Source of the DNA: Octopus sinensis
Taxonomy: Eukaryota
Reading direction: 5' to 3'
Assembly (NCBI RefSeq): GCF_006345805.1
Contig: NC_043007.1
Location: 41,850,001-41,914,000, forward strand
Length of the DNA: 64,000 nt
Under the pieces are notes generated by a model. It worked only from the letters and a program-made list of their open reading frames with translations, was not told the DNA's origin and did not search any database. Below, piece after piece: positions 13,092-25,628 of the stretch. The translations under genes and the position numbers were made by a program. How positions within the stretch are numbered: position 1 is the stretch's first letter; every line of letters starts with the position of its first letter.

Positions 13092-13487
13092 CATACATAT
13101 ATGAGGCAATTATGTAGATAACCGAATTAGATATATTGAATATAATACAATAACTTGGGCATGAAACACAAAATATGTATATATGTATGCATGAAAAACA
13201 AGAGACTTTTTGTAAGTTGGATCTATATATTTGTACTTAAATATTCATTGTTTGAAAATCTCCATCTTTTGCTTTCTCTCGTTTTTCACGTAAAAATATA
13301 TACATATTTTGTGTTTTTCACCCAAACTATTATATTATACTTAATATGTCTAATTTGTTTATCTGCATAATAGCCTCTATATCCACTCGGCACAATCCCT
13401 CTTATAGCCACTCTTTACCCTGTGGAACCAATCCCCTATAAAGACTTTGTAGTCTAAGTTTGAATCGTTTTCAGAATTACTAACTGC

Positions 13488-13702
13488 CATTGCCAGTGCT
13501 GCCAAACTGGCCCTCGTGCCGGTGGAACGTAAAAGCACCCACTACACTCTCAGAGTGGTTGGCGTTAGGAAGGGCATCCAGCTGTAGAAACTCTGCCAGA
13601 TCAAGATTGGAGCCTGGTGCAACCATCTGGTTCGCCACTCCTCAGTCAAATCGTCCAACCCATGCTAGCATGGAAAGCGGGCGTTAAACAATAATGATGA
13701 TG
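13488..13702 (+). mobile_element. SINE 3' part with (GAT)n tail (RTE-partner-like)
   Basis: CACCCACTACACTCTC..GAGTGGTTGGCGTTAGGAAGGGCATCCAGCTGTAGAAAC...CCAACCCATGCTAGCATGGAAAGCGG. Same family at 41460-41900, 47455-47812 and 50434-50703. Confidence 0.8.
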
Positions 13703-13867
13703 TTTAATCTATTTATCTGCATAATAGCTTCTGTATCCACTCAGCACAATGACTTTTATAACCACTCTTTACCCTGTGGAATCAATCCCCTATAAAGACT
13801 TCGGAATCTTTTTTGAGCATTACTAAGTGTCTTCTATACTGAGAATCTCTTGATCATATCTGTGAAC

Positions 13868-13905
<38 letters not shown>

Positions 13906-14280
13906 GCATTTCTTTCAGTTTCTGTCTATCAAATTCACTCATGAGGCTTTGGTTGGCCCAAGGCTTTAACCAAGGTACCATGCAAACCCTGAGGAACTAA
14001 ACCCTCAGCCATGTGGTTGTGAAGCAAGCTTCTTACCACACAGCCATGCCTGCAGCTTCCACAGATTTTGCATTCAGAATTTAGCTCACAAAGTATTGGC
14101 CACCTAAAGGTACTTGCTCAAGTTTCTGTGTAGTGTGTTTCAGGCAGGAACCAAGTTAATGTGAACAAACTTCTTGAGCACACAGACATATCTTGTGTAA
14201 TTGTTTATGGATTGATCAGTTTGTTAAATTGACGTTGTTGTTGCTGTTCATTTGCAGCTGATTTTATCATCCATTGTACT

Positions 14281-14323
<43 letters not shown>

Positions 14324-14588
14324 TTTGTTCTCATTACACACATACATATACACATGTATATAGATAGATAGATATATAGATGTATATATCTATAATATAT
14401 TATATCAAATATACATAAATGTATGTATATACGCATGTACATATATATGTATATGTATGTGTGTGTATCTATACATATATATACATACATATATATATAT
14501 ATATACACACCACAGACATATATATATTAAAGATATATATGTATATATGCATGTATAATATAAATATGTGTGTGTGTGTGTATGTATG

Positions 14589-14634
<46 letters not shown>

Positions 14635-15247
14635 CTATATATTATATATATAATATATATATATATAAGTACTACATACTATATAATATATGAATACACA
14701 CGCATATATCAATGCTAAAACCAAACCAATAACAAATGTAAGAACAATAGCAACAGTAACACCAACAACAACCACGACAGCAGCAGCAGCAACAATAGTA
14801 GTAGCAGCAGCATGTGCAGCAGTTGGAAAACAACAATAACAACAATCTAAGTGGACTAATGGTGGTTGTAAAGTTAACTACTTGACCAACAGTGGGGGAA
14901 ATCATTCAACCATGACATGTCCTGGCTTTTATGGAATAATTACACCATCATATTCTAGCCTCCATTACGCCAGCCATATCATATATTCACTGTATACACC
15001 CAACTCTTAGTAAATTATATATATATATATATAATATATATATATATATATAGCAGCATACATACATTTTGTTCTCTTATATATATATATATATATTTAC
15101 ATGTGTGAGTGTATGTGTATGTATGTAAGTATGTATGTATATATGCATTGTGTGTATTAATTAATTTGTGCATGTATATATATGTACACTCACACACACA
15201 CACACACATACACACACACATATATATATACGTATATATATACATAC

Positions 15248-15278
<31 letters not shown>

Positions 15279-15426
15279 ATATTATTATATATACCTAATA
15301 TACATATGGATATATAAATATATATACATATATAAATACATATATATATATATATAATATAATATGTATGAATGTATGTATCCAATATATATCTATTTGT
15401 GTATGATATATTGTAGTATATATATG

Positions 15427-15457
<31 letters not shown>

Positions 15458-15468
15458 CACATACTAAA

Positions 15469-15511
<43 letters not shown>

Positions 15512-15567
15512 ACATGTACATATGTATATGTCTATATATATGTATGTATATATTTATACATACATAC

Positions 15568-15612
<45 letters not shown>

Positions 15613-15766
15613 TATAAACACAAATATATATGCACACACATACACACACACACACATATATACATACATACATATATTTATATGTAAACATGTGTGTGCG
15701 TGTGCATGTATATTTGTCAGGATGTATTTCCCACAAATCAAAACTGGTAGTAAACCAAACCATACA

Positions 15767-15866
15767 NNNNNNNNNNNNNNNNNNNNNNNNNNNNNNNNNN
15801 NNNNNNNNNNNNNNNNNNNNNNNNNNNNNNNNNNNNNNNNNNNNNNNNNNNNNNNNNNNNNNNNNN
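15767..15866. other. Assembly gap (100 N)
   Basis: Run of N between TA-rich tracts. The true size is unknown. Confidence 0.99.
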
Positions 15867-16169
15867 TATTTTTAAAAAAGTTTTGGACGCATAAATAAAC
15901 CAACACTGGATGTCAGACAGTGGTGGTGGACAGACACATCCACATACACACATATACATTTATACATACATATGTGCATACACACATACACGTTTTCTAC
16001 TTACATTTATTGGTGTCTAATGTTAAACATTTGTAACCAAATTCTTTGAATACTGAATGCATTATTGATATCTGTCAGGATTTTTTAATCCCTTTTTTTT
16101 TCTTATATATATATACATACTGGCACAATGTAGATTATGGCAATGAGGGTTTCAGTTGATCTGATCAAC

Positions 16170-16447
16170 AGAACAGCCTGCTCATGAAATTAATGTGCAA
16201 GTGGCTGAGCACTCCACAGATGCACACACCCTTAATGTAGTTCTCAGGGAGTTTCAGCATGACACAGAATGTAACAAGGCTGGCCCTTTGAATTACACAT
16301 ACATCTCACTTTTGCCAGTTGAGTGGACTAGAACAATGTGAAATAAAGTGTCTTGCTCACAGATATATTGTACTACCAGGAATCAAACTCATTACTTTAC
16401 GATCATGAACTGATTACCCTAACCACTAAACCAAAGCACCTTCACTT
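16170..16447 (-). mobile_element. tRNA-derived SINE
   Basis: Reverse complement has a GGTTTAGTGGTTAGGG head and GAGCAAGACACTTTATTTCACATTGTTCTAGTCCACTCAACTG body. Confidence 0.7.
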
Positions 16448-16465
16448 ACATATATATATACATAC

Positions 16466-16497
<32 letters not shown>

Positions 16498-16500
<3 letters not shown>

Positions 16501-16854
16501 AAAGCTGAAGTTGTCTGTGTATGGCAGGTTTGGTAGCCTACAACTAACACTATCTCCTCCAAGACCCTGCAGCGCAAGCTGACCAAAATTGAAAGTATGA
16601 TAGAAGAAGGCTTGCTCTTTCTTCCGTAGAACACCAAAAATTATTTACATCAAAAAGGTGCTTTTTTTTTCTTTGAAAATCCGTATTTTTTACAATTTTT
16701 TTACTGCTGTGTCGCCATTTTTCAGTGTATTTCAACCAGAAAAATGTTCACTTAAAGAGAATAACGAGCTACATAATACAAAATTTTTACTTTTCAAAAA
16801 TTCCAGTTCTAAAGGGTCGAAACAAACCTGAGCAATACCGCGTGATACTGGTAG
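16498..16854 (+). mobile_element. Non-autonomous Helitron (~355 bp)
   Basis: 5' TC(T)AAAGCTGAAG and 3' hairpin remnant ending in GTAG (CTAG decayed). Homologous to 20420-20755. Confidence 0.8.
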
Positions 16855-17126
16855 TATATATGTAATAATATATATGTATATGTATATATGTGTATGTATG
16901 TATGTATATATATATATATATATTATATATATATATATGTATATATATAATTGTAGGTCTGGTCTTGTCAATAAACTTTTATCAATTTTATCTCCATCTT
17001 CTATTTGTTTTGTATAATATTAATAATGCTATATATGTATAACGAGTCTAATCTTGGATATTTTTATCTTACTGAGGTTTATATCCTCACTTGTACCTCG
17101 ATCTACATTATAACGATAATTATTTG

Positions 17127-18180
17127 ATTTGTTTATTCATTTACACAATTTGTCTATACTCTTATAAATAAACTGATAAATAGTAATAAATAAATCATTA
17201 TATTAATTGGATTATACTGATAGAAGATGGAGAATATTGAAGTTGACGTGTCACTCAAGGATGTACTCATACCATCTAAAAAGGAATTTATTAAAGATTT
17301 GATTTGTAAAACTAATGAATTCATCCAAAGGCTCAGGTGGAATGTGTACCATTATAATAGAAAGGAACTATAATGGTACACTGTATCCTTCCTGTTTTAT
17401 GTTTTTATTTTGTTTTAAATATAAAAAAATTTCTGAAGATATTCTCACTTGTAGTAATTAACCAAATTAATTTAGCTAAATTAAATTACATTTAATTAAT
17501 TTTTGTGCTGCAAGTGATGAACTTAAACAATTGTAGGTCTGGTCTACAATAATGCTAATAAACTTTTATTAATCTTATAATAAGATTAATAATGTTAATA
17601 AACTTTTATTAACATTAACTTTTAATAAATGTTATTAACAGTTATATTAATAATGTTAATAAACTTTTATAAAATCTTATCTCCATCTTCTCCCTTGTTT
17701 TGTATAATATTAATAATACTATATATGTATGTGACTGCTTTGTTAAGCATTCAACCAGTCTAATCTTGGATATTTTTATTCCTCCAAGGTTTCTATCCTC
17801 ACCTGTACCTTAAAATATATATATGTATGTATGTATGTATGCATGTATGTATGTATGTATGTATGTATGTATGTATGTATGTATGTATGTATGTATGTAT
17901 GTATGTATGTATGTATGTATGTATGTATGCATGCATGCATGTATGTATGCATGTATGTATGTATATATGTATGTATGCACAGACACTCACACACACACAC
18001 GTGTAAGCACATAAATGCAAAATAAAGTGGAAAAAATAGTACTCGAATACCAAAGGTAGAGTAATATGCTTTTTTTTATTTAAGCTGCAACAACATCACA
18101 CAACTGTTACTCACAGCTTCGCATTTCCTTTCATCAGACAGTTGTGAGCTAGACTCTAAATATACATATCCATATATATA
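17127..18180 (+). repeat. Left arm of ~1.05-kb inverted duplication (contains PLE ORF start)
   Basis: Reverse complement of 23440-24526. 17227-17373 encodes MENIEVDVSLKDVLIPSKKEFIKDLICKTNEFIQRLRWNVYHY, resembling PLE N-termini (SLKNIPIPS...FIKR.RW). 16951-17100 is a further partial direct copy of 17531-17810. Confidence 0.9.
18101..18144 (-). ncRNA. Degenerate hammerhead ribozyme motif
   Basis: CAACTGT-CTGATGA-aaggaaatgc-GAAG-CTGTGAG-TA-ACAGTTG. Stem I is a perfect 7 bp, but stem II is weak and GAAA reads GAAG. Mirror copy at 23473-23516 (+). Confidence 0.45.
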
Positions 18181-18211
18181 CATATATATATTATATATAT
18201 ATATATATCCG

Positions 18212-18255
<44 letters not shown>

Positions 18256-18284
18256 ATACAATATGTTACATTACTCGGTAGTCA

Positions 18285-18346
18285 AGATAAAACTCTGAGT
18301 TTCAGATGCCGAAGTGGAAATCCACAACACATCTCTTCGGTTATCT
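18285..18346 (-). ncRNA. Type I hammerhead ribozyme motif in inverted pLTR
   Basis: Reverse-complement copy of 19910-19972. Confidence 0.65.
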
Positions 18347-19909
18347 GGCTATTTGAAAACGTTATGAAAAAATACCGTTAAAAATGAAGGGAAATTACTC
18401 TGTTATAACTCTGCTTTGCCTGCGACTTATACATCGCTCGCATTTTTCGTCATAAAAATTATATAAAAATACATAAAAATATATAAAAATATATAAAAAT
18501 ATATAAAATCTTCTTGGGACATAACACAGAAAGCATGTTCTATCCGTTTTCTTTAGGGGACCAAAAACGTAACAGAAATTTAGTCACATGTGGGCATGAT
18601 CCGAAAAGCTCTGTCCTTGTATTTAGACATGTGGTAGGGTCTAAGCTGTTAAGCTAATACAAATGGACCAGCACAAGATCGTTTTAGGAAGGATATTATC
18701 CAGTTAATGAAACACTTCGGACTTAGTATAACTATAGACACTAACCTGACGGTTGTCAATTTCTTAGACGTTTCCTTAGATCTTAATAATAATATTTATA
18801 AGCCTTATAGGAAGCCCAATGATAGACTAAGTTATATTAATGTAGGTTCATGCCATCCCCCTATAGTATTCAAAAATTTAGTTAAAAATATTAGTAAGAG
18901 GATTTCTAGCCTCTCATCTAATGAGGACATCTTCAATAGCGTTGCCCCAGTTTATAATAAAGCTTTAAAGATAGTGGTTTTAGCGAAAAAATAAAATATA
19001 CACCTATCACCAGCCCAACAGTAAGGAAGAGGAATAATAGAAATAGGAAGGTCATCTTGTTTACACCCCTTACTCACCTGAGGTGGCCTTCAATATAGGT
19101 AAATATTTCCTAGCACTGATAGATAGACATTTTTCAGTTAACCATGCTTATAGGAAACTCTTCAATAGACACAATTTAAAAATTAGTTTTAGTCAACTAC
19201 CAATTTTAAAAACATAATCAATCATAACATACAAAAAACACAAGAAGAAAACAGCTGTTCATGCAGGAATAAAGAATTGTGCCCGCTAAATGGAGCTTGC
19301 ATGTCCAAGACCATCATATATGAAGTTACCGTAAACTCTATAACCACTAAAGACACCGTTTCGACGAAGAAATACGTGGGCCTGACAGAGGGTAATTTCA
19401 AGGCCAGGTTCAATAACCACACTTTGAGCTTTAGGCACTGGAACAAAAGAAAAGCGACACAATTATCCAATCATATTTGGTCTTTAAGAGATAAAGGTGT
19501 CGATTATAACATACAATGGAAGATTTTGGCCAGATGTAAGCCCTACACTAACGGCAGTGGAAGGTGCGGTTTATGCGACATGGAGAGATGGCTTATCTGG
19601 AAAAGCAGCTTAGACCCTACCACATGTCTAAATACAAGGACAGAGCTTTTCGGATCATGCCCACATGTGACTAAATTTCTGTTACGTTTTTGGTCCCCTA
19701 AAGAAAACGGATAGAACATGCTTTCTGTGTTATGTCCCAAGAAGATTTTATATATTTTTATATATTTTTTTATATATTTTTATGTATTTTTTATATAATT
19801 TTTATGACGAAAAATGCGAGCGATGTATAAGTACGCAGGCAAAGCAGAGTTATAACAGAGATTTCCCTTCATTTTTAACGGTATTTTTTCATAACGTTTT
19901 CAAATAGCC

Positions 19910-19972
19910 AGATAACCGAAGAGATGGTGTTGTGGATTTCCACTTCGGCATCTGAAACTCAGAGTTTTATCT
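19910..19972 (+). ncRNA. Type I hammerhead ribozyme motif in PLE pLTR (C4 variant)
   Basis: AGATAA-CCGAAGA-GATG...GTGGA-TT-TCCAC...CATC-T-GAAA-CTC-A-GAG-TT-TTATCT: 6-bp stem I, branched stem II, quasi-palindromic stem III. Confidence 0.65.
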
Positions 19973-20068
19973 TGACTACCGAGTAATGTAACATATTTTA
20001 TAGATAAATTTCCTCTATTTACATAATATTGAGGTCTCTTTCTTTCTTTTGTTATCTTACCGTTTTAT

Positions 20069-20114
<46 letters not shown>

Positions 20115-21701
20115 CAGAGATGTACTTGCATAGCAAGTGACCTGATCTGAGATCATGTGCTGGAACTAAAACAATTGCAACATGGAAGGTGTTTATAAGC
20201 CATTTAAGAAACACTCAAAACCATTAGATTCACTTCAATATTTAAATTTAATTTGCCAAAATATTTTCACCAATTTGAGACCGCGACCTGTTCACAGACA
20301 AAATTCTGTGCTGCAGCAAATTAAATTTAAATGTTGAAGTGAATCTAACGGTTTTTGTGCTTCTTAAATGGCTTATAAACACCTTCCATGCTGCAACTGT
20401 TTATATATATATATATATACTAGCAGTATCACCCGGTGTTGCTTGGGTCTGTTTCGACCCTTTAGAATTGGAATTTTTGAAAAGTAAAAACTTTGCATTA
20501 TGCAACTTGTTATTCTCTTCAAGTGAACCTTTTTCCAGTTGAAATACACCGAAAAATGGTGACACAGCAGTCAAAAATTGTTGGTGTTAACATGGTCCGA
20601 TTTGAATTTTATCTTCTACAGAATGAAGAGCAAGCCTTCTTCTATCATACTCTCAATTTTAGTCAACTTGTACTGCAGGATCTCGGAGGAGATAGTGTTA
20701 GTTGAAGGCTACCAAACCTGCCACACACAGACAACTTCAGCTTTATATATAGAGATTTGCTACACACTACTTTCCATCCTTAATAATGAAACTTGGTAGA
20801 TCCAAAAGTTAAACACACAGATACACACACAGACACACAAGTTGAGTTTTATATATATAGATTTCTCAACGGGGATTTCAGGGAAGAGTTTCAGGGAGTC
20901 GCTGGCGATGTATCGTAATGATCAAAAATCTGGCCTGCTAAAATTTGGTTAAAGTGATTCAAACTGCAGACTCAATGCAAAATGGTCACATTTAATTCAA
21001 AGCGTTAAAAATGTTATGAAAACAATTGGTATGTGTTCACAAAGTCCAAACAATTAATGCAAAAAAACCCTTCAATCTACATCCCGAAAATTCATTTCCT
21101 TGCCGAATTTCTACAATGTTTACGGCGATTCATTTATATATCTTGATTTTTTATTTTTCATGCAATTTACACATGCTTGCATGCGTGGTGAACACAGCTC
21201 AAGTCAAACAGCTGACTGAGTAAAGTTCACTATTCAATGCATGGGATAAGGCCTAAACAAACACATTATCGATTTTTGCACCTGCGAGATGAATTTTGGA
21301 ACAGAAATAGCACAGTTCAATTTTCATTCGCCTAAACTTTAAGTGACCCATTTTTGGTGGTTCTACGATTTGTTGGTTAGGAGGAGATGTGCCAGGAAGT
21401 TAAACACACAGACACACAAGTTGAGTTTAATATATATATATAGATTGCAGCGTGGCAGGTGTTTATAAGCCATTTAAGAAACACAAAAACCGTTAGATTC
21501 ACTTCAACATTTAAATTTAATTTGCTGCAGCACAGAATTTTGTCAGTGAAAATATTTTGGCAAATTAAATTTAAATATTGAAGTGAATCTAATGGTTTTG
21601 TGTGTTTCTTAAATGGCTTATAAACACCTTCCATGCTGCAATTGTTTTCGTTCCAGCACATGATCTCAGATCAGGTCACTTGCTATGCAAGTACATCTCT
21701 G
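20115..21701. mobile_element. Tc1/mariner-type foldback MITE (TA TSD, ~280-bp TIRs each with an internal palindrome), interrupted by Helitrons
   Basis: TA-CAGAGATGTACTTGCATAGCAAGTGACCTGATCTGAGATC ... GATCTCAGATCAGGTCACTTGCTATGCAAGTACATCTCTG-TA. Confidence 0.85.
20420..21444 (-). mobile_element. Composite non-autonomous Helitron: three 5' ends (21444, 20861, 20755) and one CTAG 3' end (20420)
   Basis: Each 5' end reads A|TC(TC)TATATAT..AAA followed by a GTGTCTGT microsatellite. The 3' end is CCCAAGCAACACCGGG...CTAG|T. Confidence 0.8.
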
Positions 21702-21704
21702 TAA

Positions 21705-22347
21705 TATATATATATATATATACACGCACCTACATACACACACGCACGCATACACACGCATACACACATACATTACACACGTACACACACACCTACATAC
21801 ACATGCATACACACACACACACAAACATGCACGGACACACCCAGACATACATACATACACCTATATACACATGCCCACACACCTACATACACACACATAT
21901 ACACACGCCCAGACACCTACATACACACACATACATACACACACATACACGGACACACCCATACATACTTACATACATACACCTATACACACACGCCCAC
22001 ACACCTACATACACACACATGTCATACACACACACACATGTACGCACATACACACACATATACGCACATACATATATACCCACACATGCACACACACACA
22101 TACGCACAAGCATGCATGCATGCACACGCGCACACCTACACGCATACACACACACACACGCATGTACACATACATACATACACACACGCATACATACACC
22201 CATACACATACATGCATCCTACACACACATACATACACACTCACACATACATACACACACACACACTCACTCACACACCTGTATGTACGCGCACACACAT
22301 GCACATACACACACTTCCCCACACCCACACGTACATACATACACACT

Positions 22348-22382
<35 letters not shown>

Positions 22383-23350
22383 GGACATACATCTATGCAC
22401 ACACATATATACACACATACTCACATACATTCATCGGACACACTGCCACCCAGACATACACACAGACACACTCACACATCCACACACATACATACTTACG
22501 CGCACACTCGCAGGCGCGCGCACACACGCGCTTGCGCCGGTTCGCGCACGCATACGCGCTGCATGCACCTCGCTCTTGGACCCGACGAGACCTCCCGCCC
22601 GTTCTTGGGACCGTCGCTTGTCGTTGGGTTTTCCCACGCCCGTCTCCGCGGGACCACTCTTCCATCTTCCCCTCAGCTGGAGTCCTTTTTCCTTACCCAC
22701 CCCCCCTTTTTTCGTTACACACACGCGCACACATATACACACATTGCTTAAATATATACATTACTCTTACACACATTCAATCTACTCGCCATTCATACTA
22801 CCAGGACACTGGACACACACACACACTACTACTCAACACACGCTGGCACGCTACATACGCCCCCACCCCTTCCCCTCCCTCCCTTCCTCCTTCCTCCTTC
22901 CTTTGTCTGCTATGCTGACCACCGTCTCGCCCTACCTCACACGCCTACACACAGACGCACACACTAACACATACATATATTTTTTGTTTTTTTATCTCGC
23001 CTCACACACACACATACACACACGCACACGCACACACTCACACATACACACCACATCTGTGCGTTACCAACCTTGTCTCCACTCTTTGCCTTTAAAAACC
23101 CACTTTGCTCTTGTTAACGTAAACATCCGCCTTTCACCATGTGTAACTCGTAAACACCAGTCGTTTTTTTTCTATCCCTGTGCCCGCTCTGGGATCTTTC
23201 TTTCCTCTCTCTTCCTTCTTATGTTTCCGACGAAGAGCTCCGCTCGAAACGTCATACCTCCCTGCTTCCATTTCCTGAGCGCCTATTAATAATAATACTG
23301 TAATTGTTCCATTGTTGTTGTTTTTTTGTTTCCCATTTGGATTAAAATTA
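21705..23350 (+). mobile_element. PLE-derived non-coding repeat: long degenerate (CA/TA) tract, CpG-rich core and hammerhead-bearing 3' end
   Basis: The 3' end (23190-23350) matches the short hammerhead repeats at 41140-41370 and 47930-48130 and ends in (TA)n. Whether 21705-23190 belongs to the same insertion is inferred. Confidence 0.5.
23223..23257 (+). ncRNA. Minimal type I hammerhead ribozyme motif (C4 variant)
   Basis: GTTT-CCGACGA-A-GAGC-TCC-GCTC-GAAA-CG-TC-ATAC: perfect 4-bp stem II, one mismatch in stem I. Confidence 0.65.
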
Positions 23351-23439
23351 TATATATATATATATAATATATAATATATATATATATATATATAATATAT
23401 TATATACACATATATATATATATATATACAGATATGTAT

Positions 23440-23633
23440 ATATATGGATATGTATATTTAGAGACTTGCTCACAACAGTCTGATGAAAGGAAATGCAAAG
23501 CTGTGAATAACAGTTGTGTAATATTGTGGCAGCTTAAATAAAAAAAAGCATATTACTCTACCTTTGGTATTTGAGTACTATTTTTTCCACTTTGTTTTGC
23601 ATTTATATGCTTACTCATGTGTGTGTATGTCTG

Positions 23634-23665
<32 letters not shown>

Positions 23666-23707
23666 CATACATACATACATACATACATACATACATACAT
23701 ACATACA

Positions 23708-23740
<33 letters not shown>

Positions 23741-24526
23741 CAAGGTACAAATCAGGATATAAACCTTGGAGGAATAAAAATATCCAAGATTAGACTGGTT
23801 GAATGCTTAACAAAGCAGTCACATACATATATAGTATTATTAATATTATACAAAACAAGAGAGAAGATGGAGATAAGATTAATAAAAGTTTATTATCATT
23901 ATCAATATAACTGTTAATAACATTTATTAACAGTTAATGTTAATAAAAGTTTATTAACATTATTAATCTTATCATAAGATTAATAAAAGTTTATTATCAT
24001 TATCAATATAACTGTTAATAACATTTATTAACAGTTAATGTTAATAAAAGTTTATTAACATTATTAATCTTATCATAAGATTAATAAAAGTTTATTAACA
24101 TTATTGTAGACCAGACCTACAATTGTTTAAGTTCATCACTTGCAGCACAAAAATTAACCAAATTTAATTTAATTTAGCTAAATTAATTTGGTTAATTACT
24201 ACAAGTGAGAATATCTTCAGAAATTTTTTATATTTAAAACAAAATGAAAACATAAAAACATGATGGATACAGTGTACCATTATAGTTCCTATCTATTATA
24301 ATGGTACACACTCCACCTGAGCCTTTGGATGAATTCATTAGTTTTACAAATCAAATCTTTAATAAATTCCTTTTTAGATGGTATAAGTACATCCTTGAGT
24401 GACATGTCAACTTCAATATTCTCCATCTTCTATCAGTATAATCCAAATAATATAATGATTTATTTATTACTATTTATCAGTTTATTTATAAGAGTATAAA
24501 CAAAATGTGTAAATGAATAAAGAAAC
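23440..24526 (-). repeat. Right arm of ~1.05-kb inverted duplication
   Basis: Reverse complement of 17127-18180, with an additional ~99-bp internal tandem duplication near 23877-24075. Confidence 0.9.
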
Positions 24527-25499
24527 TTTGCAAAACAGATGTTTCACTTTCTTTCATTCCTTTTTCACTAAAGTATTTAGGCAAGATAGATGGTCTTTTG
24601 CAACATGCATTGAGTGCATTGTTATTTTTTTTTTTGAATCTGGTATCCCTTATGACCTGCAACATTTACAAAACTATAATAGTAGTGTTCACATTAGTAT
24701 TTTATTGTTTTTGTCATTTTAACATTAATTTTTTTTTTTATTGATGTTCTAAGAATTTATAAACTTTGAGAGAATGTGAAATAATTCTTTTGGGAACTAT
24801 GAGTGTTGAAGTCTATAAATAATAGCATGTAAATACTGGGTTAAAAAATGATAGAAAAAGTTGAGGGCTATTTGTGGGTCTGAAACCCACTTCTCCTGTC
24901 AACACGACAGGCATTGTACCATTGGACCAAAACAATCCTTTGAATTTCTCTGTCCATTTTAGGAAATTTATTCTTACCAGAAAGAATTGTGTTATTGATG
25001 CCATGTTTACAGATGTAGATTTGAGTCCTATAGGCAGCATTTAACTTTTTCTATCCAAGGAGTTTTTGACCCAATATTTACAAACTATTATTTATAGCTT
25101 TATTTTCTTCAAGATACACCGTTCCAAAAAAGAACTTTTTTGTGGGGTTTTTTTTTTTTACATGTAATTATTATATACTAGTAGAACCTGTGAATATTTC
25201 ACAGAATTAATAGTAAACTTATTGGGTTATTTCTGAAAACTTTATCCAAAAAACCTGAAAGCATAGCCTATGTTGTGTTTGTATCAAAAGATAGTCATTC
25301 ATCTGTTAATCACTGAAAAGTGAAGGAAATTGGAATACCATGATTACTTAATGCCCTTTATATATACACTTGTTATACTTTATGCACAATTTTATAGACT
25401 TAATATACAGCACTCTCCCTCTTTCTCTCTCACTCTTCACCTTACCTTCTTTTTCTAACTCCTTTTTCTCACTCCTTTTTCTTTTCCTCTTCACCTTTC

Positions 25500-25628
25500 C
25501 CTTCAACTAATCACATGAAAGTGTAACAGATGGGCTAAGTAACAGAGTGACAAGCAGAATTATTATATACATATTCATTCTAAAAATTCTGTACACTTAT
25601 TTAACTGTGACATTGACTTCTTTTTAAA
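25500..25628 (+). other. Candidate non-coding first exon of the globin gene
   Basis: Non-repetitive segment after a CT-rich tract (25410-25505), ending in AAA|GTAAGT. An upstream exon is implied by the acceptor at 29773. The start coordinate is a guess. Confidence 0.3.

Larger units (their letters stand above)
18260..20030 (+). mobile_element. 5'-truncated Penelope-like element with inverted pseudo-LTR (young)
   Basis: Thumb (18707-18994: VNFLDVSLDL...YRKPND...INVGSCHPP) and GIY-YIG (19277-19714: CPLNGAC...IIYEV...YVGLTEGNFKARFNNH). 18262-18649 is a near-identical reverse complement of 19604-19996. Confidence 0.93.

Noticed and set aside
21602-23289. 438-aa, 534-aa and 237-aa His/Thr-rich ORFs
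   Set aside because: Translations of a degenerate (CA/TA) tract, open in all frames because stop codons are depleted. No domain and no splice evidence.
24813-25040. Minus-strand ORF in non-repetitive sequence
   Set aside because: No recognisable motif or clear splice sites; it cannot be supported as an exon.
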